From Trichoplax adhaerens (taxonomy: Eukaryota; Animalia; Placozoa), in contig NW_002060947.1 of the NCBI RefSeq assembly GCF_000150275.1, positions 2,221,740-2,285,739 on the forward strand: DNA of 64,000 nucleotides, written 5' to 3'. The notes beneath the pieces were generated by a model. That model was given only the letters and a program-made list of their open reading frames with translations. It was not told the DNA's origin and searched no databases. The translations under genes were made by a program, and so were the position numbers. Shown in pieces: positions 31,901 to 46,500 of this stretch; position 1 is the first letter of the stretch; each line of letters begins with the position of its first letter.

Positions 31901-32590
31901 CAATAACATTGTAACTGTTGAGACTTGGTAAAAATGTGTAGAGTTACTCCTGCCTACAGGCCCTCTACCATATTTTTCCATATTGTTTAAGGTCAGCTAT
32001 CTCTTCACGATATAAAACTGTAATAAAAACTTACGACATGAAAATTATGAGCAAAGACAATTTAATAATTAATATTTATTTGTGTTATTCAAGCCCAGTT
32101 TAGTGATCCATTTGAAGTAATGTTCGGTTAGATGGCCCAAAACCATGATGTCATCAGGTCCTATTCCTTTAGTACTGTATTCCCTGGTCCAACAGTAAAC
32201 ACTATGTACCAATTTTTGTCACTTTGTTATTATTCATGTTGCCTAACATTATCTATTCTGAACGAAACATAAATAACGATAACAAGCCATTGGAGAAAAA
32301 ATAACGACGCCATAGTTTGTATGTTGACTTCAACATCGCTCATAATTTTCATGTCCTAACGTTAACGTTAACATTAGAATTCTATGTCGTAAATGGCTAG
32401 CCGATCTTTAACAGTAGGGAATTATTACACTTCAAACATAGTGGCATCCTCTAAGCAGCTATTCTTTCAAACCTTCCAAAATTTTCATCATTAACTCTAT
32501 TCCATTCATATAATGCTGTAATGATGCCTCATAATCTTCCGATCGTTCACATTCCTCTGCCAACTGGCAGGTTCTTGAAGCTGTATTCAT
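28932..32590 (-). CDS. MITD1: MIT domain-containing protein 1 (MIT plus PLD-like MIT_C), 7 coding exons; missed by the ORF track
   Basis: Spliced: MNTASRTCQLAEECERSEDYEASLQHYMNGIELMMKILE / DTKDEHQKLFIRDKVKKCLNSAEKVK / STGYDYDTIFDRCLDDSVTSVEIDDPYIRNSYQ / VRNLVRISELL / TLHNREIR / FNNGWKVIIDRGLDYFKP / FAIGYFDFNYRVCKETSV*. Confidence 0.93.
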
Positions 32591-34578
32591 TTTATTAGTC
32601 ATTTTGCACTCAAAACAGTTACGTCCTATGCTGTTAATACTTCATTGTCGATAATGATCAATCCAAGCTTATACTGAGATTGAAAAGTTGGATGAGATCA
32701 AATTTACTGCAGTGACCGTAATATGATAAGCAATTTAAGCGGATGAGGAAGGGCTGCCGCCGGTATTTCCCATTTGCTGCAAGTTATAGTCGTTCTGCGT
32801 AGAGGATGATGGAAAATTTCATAGTAACGGATAATTATAGACTGTAGCAATACTGTATGGGCGGTGCCCTTTACTACTCGTACGTGCTATACGTAGTGTC
32901 GTACACAGTGACTATAGGCTAGCCCCACAAGTTGGCCGACATTTGATTAAATATTTAAATTATACTAATTTATGCCTTTATTGATTGATATTATTATTGA
33001 TGGGCTAGTTTGAATAATTTAAAAAATAATGAATTACATAATCGGTCAGTTTACACCATTTTACAGTATATAGTAGTATACTACAGTTGTTTATCAACAT
33101 GCCAACTCGGAATGATTCTATACAAAACCTCACAACAGAAGATGCGATTTTGTTCGTAACCAGACAGACTTTAAATTTCAAAGTAATTGCTATACATAAC
33201 AGATTTATAAACGTTAAGGAATTGCGGCAGATAAACGGCATAGTTGCCTAAAATATGTATAATATACAGTATATATAATATATACGCGTGTACTGTATAG
33301 TGTATAGGCGTATATCACCTGTGGGAAGGCAACTCACAATAAAAAGCGGGCTGTGCGCTTTCGGGATACTTTGCAGTGTCTAACTTTGTCTAGTGTGATT
33401 GAACTAGTGTCGCGAGCAAAAATGTAACGGTAATGCTCTAATATGCAATGAGAAAACAATCTTACTACGATAAAACTTTTCTATAAATCCTTATGACTGT
33501 TACTAAAATCAACATCCAGTTGTCGACAATTTACGATATACTGTAGTTGGACGTTTTTACTTTAAAAGTATGGGTATATAGAATTACTATACATTAAGAA
33601 CTAAAGTTTTAAAATGTAGCTACTATGTATAGCATTAATTGGCCAATTTATTGTAAATACATGCAGAAGTGAATCGAAGTTTTGCGATTTAAAAATTAGC
33701 TACTTTAGGCCAAATAACATATTCGTATTACCTGTAAGTGTTTGCAGACTTTTAGCTTTCCGAATATTAATAACAACTATCAATTTACAGATTTACCTTA
33801 TGAATATATATTGCATGTACTAAGAATGTACGATAGAATACGCGCATAAGTAAGCGTTCTCGTGATGTCGTTAGAACATTTTAAAGGAGCCTAGATCGTA
33901 GATGTCGTATATTTATTACTCCAGCATAAACTACTATTGATATTTTTTTTGTTACACGCTAGTGGAGAATATTGGTTGTGAGAATCCAATTTGATCATCG
34001 GCAACCGTCACGTAAAGCTTAAGACGTTAGCAATAATCATGCCCGATAACGAGTTGATAATAAATATATCTTACATCGCTACCACAGAAACTATCTTTGT
34101 AGCGATATAAGATAAATATTATTGGATAGCGTTACTTCCAAGATTTTTTAAACATTAATTTCCAAGGTATAACAAATAAAATCTAGTGATTTATTGTATC
34201 ATATCAAAATGATAATGTTAATATATTGGTTGTCTTAGAATCAGTACTATAGGTGTGCCTAAAAGATAAGGTGGCTGACATACAGATAATGCGAATAACT
34301 TTAATCGAAAATGCGGATTAAGATGTGATCAATAATTTTCAATTTATTTTACAAGCAACTATTTTTGATAACAGATGGGAGTCAAGTAAAGATCTCTTAC
34401 AAAACGTATTTATAAACTACAGATAACACCTATACAGTCCTTCATTTGTAAATATGTAGTCATCTTGTATTGTCGATATACTGCCTTAGATACGAGTTGT
34501 ATAACAATCGCAAAAAATTTCAATTTTATTAAAATATTAATACATTAAAATTATCCAAAACTAGAATTTATAATCCAA

Positions 34579-37500
34579 TTAAAACATATAGGTATTGAAA
34601 CCATCACCGCGGCTACTTATCGCTCTTTCTGATGTGCGAAAACTTTGCCTAGCAAAATAGGTATACCTTTTATCATCGCTTGAATCAGAAGAACTACCCG
34701 ATTCTACAATTTCATTTGCTTGTTTATCTTCGAAACGAGTACTTTTTTTCTCGCTATGTTTTTGCTTATTAGATACGCTCTTAAAATGTACAGCTGCTTC
34801 TTCGTAGTAATTACTAGATAATGGAAAGCATTTATCTTCTTCAACATCGTCTCTTCTACAAAGTTCGAGTAAGTTTAAATATTGTTAATAGATTAATTAG
34901 TAAATTGACCATAAAAAATTGAAAAATAATTTTGCTTCTGGGTAAAGGTAATACAAAGTACATTTATTTAATGTTTTAAGATTTAGTTGCTTAGCATATG
35001 CAATACTTATGCCATTAAAGCAATAAGTTCCCCAAATCGAGTTTTTCAATATACTTACATTTCATCATTGCAAAAGGCAACAACTAAAACTTTTCCAATA
35101 CGTTTCACTACTTGTCCGGGTAAATACATGATCTCCACTGTAATGTCAATATGGATACGTTAATAATAATAATTTTTATTTTTCTTAGGAAATTAAGACA
35201 TTAATATAATAATTTAATTTAATTTTAATCTCTGTAGTCTAATATAAAAAAGTGTCATATACTTCAATTTACCTGGATCGACGATTGCCAAAACATAATC
35301 ACCTACATTCAACTTGCATTTCTTAGAAAGTTCGCCAAATATTGCATGTGCACTCTATAAAGGAATTGATTCGTTCAGAGTTGTATACTAGTAGTAGTCT
35401 TTAGTTAGCTATTACAATTAGCATGCTACTTCTCTATATTATCTATAACGAAAACATCAGACAGGATAAATAATTTTATTTTACCTGGACAGAAAATCCT
35501 TCTTCTGCCCATTGTATTAAATATTGTCGACCTAAGCTTGCTTTGGCGTGAACCCTCCCTAAATAACGCAATTTTTACAAAATTAAAACAAATGCTAGTT
35601 CAAATCACCTACCTTCTCGTCAGTAGATAAAAGGTGAGAAAATGCTAACCTAGGTGGTAGTAGCCATCTTTATCATTCCTTGCAACTACCGGTCGATTGA
35701 TCCACTGATCCTCTTTTTCTTGAATATAGGCAACATCCCTTTCGAAGACACCATTACTAATATAATAGACTTCTTCACGAGGTAAATGAGCCTACAGAAT
35801 CGTGCAATGTAAGTAAAGAATCAATGCTTGTATATCTACTCGTATAATTCGATAGGCTTTGTCAGATATTTCTTTAGGAAGAATACTGTATTTCAAGGCA
35901 TCCCAAAGAATCACGATCAATATATTGTACATGTGATCTTGATATTATTAATAGTCTATGCTTACAAATGTTTATCCAACTTTTAGCATAAAGATATATA
36001 ATCAAGATAGTTTAGTAAAATAATTACCTCTTTCAAGTCATAGAATCGAACGTGTACTGAGTAGTCAACGGCAACTGCGAGAATAACACCTAAATATAAA
36101 AGGATACAACCCTTAATTTGATCATAAATCCTATAGGACTCTGATAAGGCTCTCAACTTACCTGGAGCATAACTACTATTGTAGCTTGGATGTAAACCAA
36201 TGATAGCATCTCCTGTCTGTCAGCAAGAGTCATACAGTATTTACACATACAAGTGCATTCATATATACATTCATATATAGACGTTGGCAGTATAGAATTC
36301 TAATTTTGCAAATATCAACACTTCGATACCTTTAGTTGTCTTTCATCATCATCATCATCTGATATAATGTCTATTCTACTTATAACTTCAGTATCACCAA
36401 ATTCGTCTTGTACAACGTAGTGACCATTTTCTAAGTATTGCAGTATGGTACCTAATAAAAGTATTAACAATACTTTAAATTCCGGTAAAGAGATAAATTC
36501 ATATAATTGGAATAAAAAAATGAATTAAGTTTAGCTATTGCTAAAAATGCATAATGTTGCTTTATATAAATACTGGATGTCTTATTATATCATGATCCAG
36601 TGAGTTTTTCATGATAGTGTTAGAATTACCATAACACCCTACATATACACTGTATATTATACAGATATAGTAAAATAAATGACAATAAGTGCAATTTTGT
36701 AGTCCCTAACTACTTATAATCTGCCTTCACCATATTGTATCGATAAAGTGTCACTAACAATATATTATGATATAACTTAACAATAGTAAGATTTCTTATG
36801 TTAACATGAGGCATAAAACTGCTTTAGATACTGAATAATGGGTTTCTTTCTAGATTCACACAATCTCCTTTACTTCTCGTAAGCAATGATAATATCGCAG
36901 CAACAACAAACTTGTAACATTGGAATAAAAATGTATGGTAAATATGAATTAAGCATTTGCACACTTACGTACACAAATACTTATTGATGACAGAAAATTC
37001 GTATTTTAGCTAAAATTATTTGCAAAATACTCCAGCAGATATACTACGATAATAGCAAAGTTGAGCAGAGTGCTAACATTTTCTAAATTATCGCACATAG
37101 AGAGTTAAGCACTATTACCTCTATAATACCATCCTTCTTCCGACCATCTTGAAAGAACTTCCTCTCCTGACTTTAGTATCGATTTACCGAACGGTTTCAT
37201 GACTTCGGTTGGTGGTTTACGAGCTAAAACAACATTTATTTTATATAGTATGATAGTTTTAATACAAATAGATATTATTTTCAGCTAATAGAAACAATCT
37301 TACATAAAAGGAAACCACGGCCATTTTCATGTACAATAAGTGCAGGCTCTTCATGATCCATTATAACAATGTCGGCATCTTTAAATGAGGTTTCTTCTAA
37401 GGTATTGCCTGGTTCATCAACATCCTGACCGTCTACCTTTAGTGATTGTCCACTGCCATGTCTAGGGGCTCCTATCCACCCTTTCAAACTTTCGTTATCA

Positions 37501-40500
37501 GAATGTGCGGATTCAATAGTATCATTATGGTGACTATCCTGATCGTCAAGCGCTTTATTTTGCTGATCTGGCTCGGACTGATCTCCATCTAAATGCTGTT
37601 GATCTTGAAAGAAATCTTGATCTTGCGATAAATTCACATTATGATCTGATTTAAATTGGTCATTCTCGTCTGATTTCTGTTGATGGTCGAATCGATTATC
37701 GGTAGTATTTATATCATCATGATTGGATTCATTCTGCCTAGATATATTGTTATTATGTTCAAAACATTGATTTCCTTGTCCATCATGTACAGTATAAGTC
37801 GAATTCTGGGCTAACTTGTTCTCTAATCCACCTCTACTAGAATCTATGCTACCATCGCGTACATCATCTTGTTTGTCACCCTGCTGCATCTGGTATTCAT
37901 CCCTATGATTATTCTTTAGTTGATGTGCTTGATTCGCATCGTTAAATTGCGTAGAAAGATTAAAGAAGCTATCATTCAGCTGATCAGTGTTACCATGATG
38001 ATTATCCCTTGGTGTTTGAGTTTCAGTATCTTTAACAACAATATGACTAGTTGCAGCTGCATCACGTTGAACACTAGCAATATTTGTGTGTTCTAATTGC
38101 TGGCGCTGCAGATTATATAGTTCATTATATCGCTGTTGAAATTTCTGCTGTTCATCTAGTAATCGGTTTTGATGCTCTTGAAGTTGTTGCTGCAATTCGA
38201 TTTGTTTGTTTTGATTTTCAACCAACTTTTCCTGCAGTTGATCATTTTTTGCTACTTTACTTTGTTCAATAAATGCTTCTAACTTCTCCATATAGACTAT
38301 CTCTTGCTGTTGTATTCGGTTTTGGAAATCGTCCAACTTCGACTCGAAAGACTGAATATAAGGAGAATGATTTCTAGATTCATTATAAATATCTGTCAGA
38401 TTGTTGTCATCATCTTTAGTATTTGATTTTTCGTTTTCTGCAAGATTAACAAGCGATGATGCATCACTTGTAGAAGAACTGGAATCGGATTCACTGCCGT
38501 CTCTATTTACAGAATGATGCTGAGGATCCGATAAATTTTTTACTGAGCTGCTTTTTCTTCCTGAATTACTCGAATTGCTTGAAGAAAGACTTCCAGTTCG
38601 TGATGAGCTTGCGGAGCTGCTAGATTTATCATTAGCAGATGTTCTTCCCTCATCAGCGTTGTCATCATGATTGTGAGGAATATTTTCATCATGATCGGCT
38701 CCCGATATTGCTATTGAGTCTGTAATGCAGTAGAAAGTTTATGTACGAGTACTTTTGAACGATATATGATTTCAGAAACGGCTGACAAATTATTGCATTT
38801 CTGATAATCATCGGGATATGGTAATGTGACTCATAAAATGAGAATAAGTTAAATATGGAATAATTCAGATCAAAACAAACTGATATTTCTCGATTATGGC
38901 TTCAAGAGTATCATTAACAAATTTTACTATAATACAATTAAAGTGCATATTTACCAGTTTTCCATTCAGATAAAGCATCACGTCCTCCGCCACTAATAGC
39001 AAAATAGTAAAATTAAATTACTGATAAATAAAAGGCCGTAAAATTATATTTTCAGTTGATGCTAAGTCATATAGATACTTATGATTTTCAATTACGGCTG
39101 TAAATCTCAATAACAAAGTAAAATAATTGATTCCAAAAAACCAATAGCCAGTAGAGTATATTTTAAATCTTTGGTTTACTATAAAGTTCTGTGTAGCCAT
39201 TGTAGACTCTCACCGTAATAATGAATTTTACATATGCTACTACAAATATAACTATTACGATAAGGTGAATCAAAGCGTATCAAAGGTTATACAAGTATAG
39301 TGTAGAATCCTAATCATATAAGTTAATATACCGTACATCTTTAGAAATTTTATAATTATGCTTGTTGACTGTTTTAAAGTTTACGATGAGATAGTTTTGT
39401 TCATATATAATATAGATTCGGTATTCTACAACTTGGGTATTAACTATCAAGTTATCGATGTATTTAAGCGCAGTATTATAACAGATTCTTACGCTATAAT
39501 ACTTTCAAAATACAGCCTACTTAGATAAATCATAATACTACTAGTAAATATCACATCAAATACTTTGAACTCTGTCTGCTGTCCTAGTATTGAAGATTTC
39601 AATTTGCGGTTAATTGACAAGTTATCTTCCTGAACTTACCTAGACTGCCATTTACTAGATGATTCAAATCCGGTAATGTAACGGCATGTAAAAGCATAAC
39701 GAGATTTTGCTATCTTAATTAAGGCGTTTCGAGGACCAGCCAACTACAATATGAGCAAAAGCATTGTTTAACTGTTTAAATTTTTGGAATTTAATGTAGG
39801 ATAAACATCGTATTCAATTAGTATATATATTTAATTTTATTACGTACCTTTCTACCATTGTAGGCTACCACTGCGTAATATCGCATTTCGTTAGGAAGTT
39901 CTTTATTGGGGATACTTTGTACAATGCCTGGAATATACCTATATCGCTGTTGATCGGGTGCCAAGGTTCGTACTAAAACATAATCACTAATTTGTAAGAA
40001 TGGATTTGGCTGAGCTCCACCAACAGAAATAATAAAACGTGTTGGAATAACTTGTATATCAAGGTTATCGAATTCAATTTCTGCTCTTCTTATACTCGAT
40101 GACTGAATAACAGTGCCTGTATATAACACGAATAGAGATTGACTTATTCTAATTTGCAATACGGAGAATTATAAAGTTGGAGACTTGTACTGTATGTACT
40201 AATTACCTGCATAATAAAATCCATCAGAACTACTTCTTGCTACTACTCTTTGCCCTTTAACCATTGCGCTAACTTTAACTGGACGCTTTGTGTTCTAAAC
40301 ATTAAGGAACATTGCATGGCTTACGTAAAAGATAAGAAATAAAAATGTTCTAAATTTGCTAATCTAGATTAATGCTTGATGAGTTTACCAGTTTCGGTGC
40401 CTTATAAGGGCGTATATTCTGCTGAAAGTAGATATCAATATGCGCATATGTTAATAATATTCTCAATTTAGAATTAAAGCTATCGTTAATGATAACATTT

Positions 40501-43500
40501 ACCTGATCATGATCCTTAGATTTCGAATTCTGTATTAAATTACGTAAGATTTTAAAGAAAAATTGATTTAGAATACGAAAAATGAACCTATAAAATATTA
40601 CTGAATTACAATAAAGTAAAAACAGGTTAACTAATTATAATTATTAAAATTAAAATTTTGTTACTAAAACATTAAAGGTAACAACCTTTGCAGCAATTAA
40701 TTTTAAATCTTTAGCTTGTTGTAGATAAATGTTAGCCTGTCTAATTTCTTCTTCAAGTAATTCAATATCTTCCAGACTGACAGGAAATTCTAATCTTTGC
40801 AGAGCTACCATCATGGATTCACGATATTCACCAAAACTTGGTGGATCATCAGAATGATAATCCTGGTAGCTATCCATTTTAAAAACATTTTTTAGACTAC
40901 ATCTTAATACGGTACTACTAATAAAATAATCAAAATTCTTCCAATTTAATATTTATATATTTCATTACTTTGATCTCTCAGTATCATCAATCGCTTCCCA
41001 AACCAATCCATTTAATTTTCTATAGTAAATATAATACAATAATTTCAGGAACTATAAGTATCGTTTAAAAATAAAAATTTCTAAAATGAATTTTTTAGCG
41101 GTACCCTAAATTAAGTAAATTATTTTACCTTTCATATAGATCAATAGCATTTAATAATCTTTTTTCATAACCATCCAAATCAACACCAAGTGGGTTTATT
41201 AATTTTAGCTCATTTGGCTTAACAGGATTTGCATGGAAAACGGTCATAACCTGTTAAAAAGAATATGGTTACCAACTATGAATGTGAAACTAATTACAGT
41301 AGATTAGGGAGCATACCAACAGATGTAACATGTACTCGAAAGCTCCAAAATAACATTAATAAACCCATTTGGGTTAGTAAGCAATATTTAAATACGCGTA
41401 TACTAACTGAGAAAGTTCCCTACGCACCTCATCGAAGACCTTTGACATGACATCTTTATTAATTATAGGAATATGTTTTGGATTATGCCGAATGACACTA
41501 GGAGCTAGTGCATCGATTATAGTTAATTTCTTAGCTACCAAACCGTACTTGGAAATCCATCTAAAGAGAAAGAAACTCATGTTAGTCATGTATAATTCCA
41601 TCCCACGAACGCTAATTGATCCTATGGAAATAAATATCTAGAACTTACTGTGATACTGTCAAAGTAGATGCACTAAATAGAGAAAAAATAGAATCACAGT
41701 ACAAAAACGAGTAAGTTGACTTGCAAAAATAATTGAAAAAATTAACTTATTTAATAACCTAGATCTTCGTTTATTGTTTCTGTAACCATGCATTCTACGT
41801 TCTATGGAATGAGACCATTCAGGAAAAAATTATTATAAATAGTGAGAAATGTATAGAATGAATAAATGTATAGAATGAATAGTGGATATCATACCATTAT
41901 CTCGTAATTTTTCCCGTTGCGCATTTAACATTTGCCTACTTTCTGGAAGAATCCAATCACTATCCTCCTTGTTTGCACGGTCTATACTGTATTGGGCGCG
42001 TAATTTGCTAGTTCTTGTTTGAGTAATTTCAGTCGAACTTTCCTTAACAATATTGCGTAAATTCCTTTTACTTGTCTGCTTTTGCGTTGATGATGTGTTA
42101 TGGTCATTCTCAGCTGAGGCTGGTCTACTACTGTATAAATGAAATCAGAATAGAAAGTTAAAGCATTTCATCACTACTGCAACATCTAAATTTTGAAACA
42201 AGACATATAAGTATATGCATGGTACCTTGTCATCCTACTTTTGTGCTTATTATTCCATTCTAACTGAATACATTCATTTCGAATTCGTGTTAATCTTGCA
42301 AGATATTGTTCCCCAGCTTGAATCTCTTTACGAAGAAGACTTGTATCCTGACTCTATAATATTATTGGAATGAATATTCTTAGGGTTATTTAGTTAATAT
42401 AGCAGTACTTAGAGATATTATTTGGAGGTATACTAGTTCATCCTTGTTTATAGTTGTACAGTTCATTGTAACTTTGAGTTGAAATTGCAGTTTACACTTA
42501 TACTTTTAAATTCATAGCCGCATACTTTAAGGGAGCAACGTTATATTTAAAATCAACTTTAGGTTAGGATAAAATTAATGGTTACGGACTTTTGATAACT
42601 TGCTGTTATAATCCTATATCCGTACTTTCATAAAAACTTCTTGAAAAACATTTTCGGTTATAAGCTGTTCAAAACATTAACATGTAAGCGGTTTACTTTA
42701 CCTCATAGCTCTTCAGCCCAGATTCATCTACTCGAACTTCGCCATCAAGGGTATAGTAATGGAATCTACATGAATGATAAAGTCATGTCGGAAATAATTA
42801 CTGAATCTATATAGTGAAAAGATAAATTTTTTATGTACATTTATATCTCGTAATCAAGTCCTACCTTCCGCCAGTTTCGTAAGCCAATTTAGACAAGAAT
42901 TCATTGGCGTCAGAGTCATTACAATTAAAGGAAATTGTATGTACTGGAATTGGTTTGTATAACTGAATTTGAGATAAGACTGTATCTGGAGGCTAAAATA
43001 TTAAAATTAGAATAGATGAAATATTAATTATTAGGGATTAGATTGAATTTTTATGTTATTAATATTAGATTGTAGTTGCTATTTCCACAAATACTCTTAT
43101 GAATTCTACCTGATCGGGTCGTCCATCCGTCAATAAATAGATGCCTTGCACACCAGGATCACCTAAAGCTAACTTTAGTGCAGCTAATGTATTGGTACTT
43201 CCACCAATAGCCAAGCCTTTAATCCACTGCCATGCATTTAATAGATTTTGGTCAGTCACATCAGCCATATTATCTCTCCACGCGGCAGCATTAGTACTAA
43301 ATTTAATAATATTAAATTTCTTCTTTTTGATTAATTGCTCCTAAAAGGTAGTAAAACAGCATTAATACTTTTCAAATTCGACAAATTTAAATAAGACGAT
43401 AATGTTAATTAATATTCTGACTGAATTTTTCGAGACTGCGCTAATAACGGCTACAAAATTACCTGCAATAATAAGTGTAACTTATCTTTGACTAAGGATA

Positions 43501-46500
43501 TTCTTGGTCTCATAGAAGACGATGTATCCACAAGAATTGTAATTTGATCTTCAATAATCGTTCCAAAGAGTTCTCGACTTCCACGTAAAAGCCAGTCAAT
43601 TCTAAAATTACAGAATGTAATCCTCATTTTTACTATTTAATTGAAATAGTTACGCTAATTAAACGTCAAGCGGATATATTCAGAAGTATTTGTGCAGTAT
43701 ATCTACTGTGATAGTATTTTGTTTTACCTTGTATTATACATTTTCAGAGCTGCTCTCATTTTTCTTTCATATTCTCTATAGATATCACCACTAACGTGTA
43801 CATGAACAATGGTTCCATCTTTCCATCTAAAGAAATATTTCAGTGAGAAATTAATATTCCTTTGTGTTGAAGAAATAACTTAAATTTTAATCATAGCTTG
43901 ATGGTACAATACTCATTTGGAGTACTAACTTAGCTCGAATTTTGTAACTTTCTTAAGAGTTACTTCGATGAAAGCTAATGTCTAAGTAAAAAGTTATACC
44001 TACCTCACGTGAACAAATCTGTCGCAGTACTTTGCGTTAATAAGTTTCGGACTTTTAACCTATTAATTATAAATGAATTACGGATGTTTGAGTTAATTTC
44101 AATACTGATTGTTGAGTTACGATAATAAATGTTCTAGTCTATTCATTTAACTATTCAAGTATTCATATGCTGCGATATACTGCTCTATCTAAAAGGCTGT
44201 CAATTTTTCAAAGTAAGATATCTATCAAGAGCAATGTTACCGTAGGATTAATATAATTATATCAAAAAGATCAGTTTGTTTCCTGTAGAATTTCAGCCTA
44301 ATGGACATGTCTTATTTCATGCAATGAAGCTCTGACTGTGCGATATAAGTTGGCTATGAGAGTTTTTAGTTATATGGAAAAACTATTAGCGTGTAATATC
44401 TAAAATTCTAAAACAGAGCAATCGATTATATCGAATAGCGACGTATCCTAACGTTGGTATCAGTATCTTTTCTTGAAGACAAACAAAGTAATCCAAATAA
44501 GCGATTACGAATAAAAGTATCAAGACGTTTATGGACTAGAATAAGGACTTCATTGTATAGTAAAGAAAAAGCCTTTAAAGTAATGAATTTCGTTTTTGCG
44601 TTGCGCTTTTAATTTTTTAAAGGCAACTATCACCCTATTCGTGACTAAATGAATTATTAACGCAATGAATAAATTCATATGTTGGATGGACATGGGTGCA
44701 TTATAAGTAGTAAATAAAATTAAATACAGAATAGTGAGAGGCACAGTCAAGTCATTAATCAAATAGCACGAAGGATTATTTGTATAATTTACCGCGTCAC
44801 CCGAGCCTTCTTCTTCCGGTGGTTTTTGAATATTTTCTACTCCATCACAATGCTTAAAAGCGACTTTCGATAGAAAATCGTAAAATGAGAGTCCTTTAAT
44901 CACTAATCCTTGTCTCTAAAAAGTTCAATAACAGAAATGATATAAATGATATAATAAGTTTGTAAGTTTCATGTATTTAGGAATAACATTCACATTCGTC
45001 CACTTCAAGTTTTATAATTTAAACGTTTCAATAAATGTTACAGTTGTAAATCGCATCAATAATATACGAAATAAGCATACGCGTAGATATATGTAGTCTA
45101 TATATGACGCAATTATTTTATCTTTGCAACATAGCTACCGTTTTGTCTTCATATAACTTTACAAAATTTGACATTTAGTAAAGATTGCTAGGTGCACTAA
45201 CCTTGAGATATTCAACTGAACTAATTACATCTTCATCGTCGCATTGTTGCTCAGAGTTAGTTTCAATTAGCTTAACAGGAACGTTTTGGTTATCATCGAC
45301 TTTTTGGTCAGACATCAAGCGAGTCATTATTTTAGGATCCTTGACTTCATGTTGCAAGGCTTGAATCTCAGCCAAAACATGACGTGCTTGTTCCAGTTCT
45401 TCCCAAATTACTAGTATATCTTCGCGAATTTCCATATCTTTTCTATTTCCATTGGGTTCACGATTATAGAGTGGGTTTCGGGTCGATTTTATCGAAGAAT
45501 CGCTCTGATTAGACTGCCTTCTTTGCCTTAATGATAGCGATTCCATTAAACTGTCGAAGCTTCTATCACAGTCTAGAAAATTGTGAAAGCTTTGAAAAAT
45601 ATTCGTTGGTTAGTTAGCTAACGAAGGTTTCTATCTTTCATAAAACCTTCAATCGCTGTTTTATATTAAACAATAGACAATAATGTTAACACAACTAGTC
45701 AAATTTTATAACAATAGCATGAAAGCTCATTATTCATAGTGAGAAGTAAAGAAGTAGCTCCTTCTGCATCTAAACTAACTTTTCTATTTAAATGTTACAT
45801 TAACTGTGTCAATCAATAAGTTATTGATACAAATTCACCAGGACTTTAAATTGACTTTATACTAGCTTAACTACTACAAGAAATAAGAATAAGTTTTGTT
45901 TAAAAATTTTGTATTAACAGAACGGGATATTGTCATAAGGAAATGATGCCATCAAAAATAGTAAGTACGACATTACTTTTTCCATCACTTTAACAACTAA
46001 AATATGCTAAATTATTAACCAACTATAGGGATACGACATCAGAAAATCTAATAAACCAGTTAGGAATTAATTTCACTGTTTGATTGTTTACACACAATTA
46101 TATTTTGGTAAAGTTGTAGAAGAGTGTAATTTTACGACGTACGTTAATTCGTAGTTTGATAGGACTACTAATACTTGTAGCTAACTTACTTTCCAGACAT
46201 AGATGCTGCAAATTCTTTATAGAATTTAACAGATTCTGTATCGTGACAATTATATGCCACAACATGTATTGGTTTACCACGGTTTGATATCTAAAAATAA
46301 AATAAATCATTTCAATTTCAACAGTTACACCCGAATCTTGCAAGCTCTCATCTTCATAACCATAAAAGATGAACAATTCTTAAATTTATAAAACTATTCT
46401 TAATTTGACCGTAACTAACAATTCAAGATAGTCGAGTCTAAAGGTAACTATTTCATATTGCTAATTTAAGGGTACGTTGATACTCTGCATTAAAACGTAT

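Noticed and set aside
33300-33420. Slightly GC-richer patch with TGTGGGAA, considered as an ncRNA or Su(H) site
   Set aside because: No tRNA or snRNA structure recognised, and a single 8-mer is not enough evidence.
41847-41880. 17-bp direct duplication in a VWA3B intron
   Set aside because: Ordinary local slippage with no functional indication.
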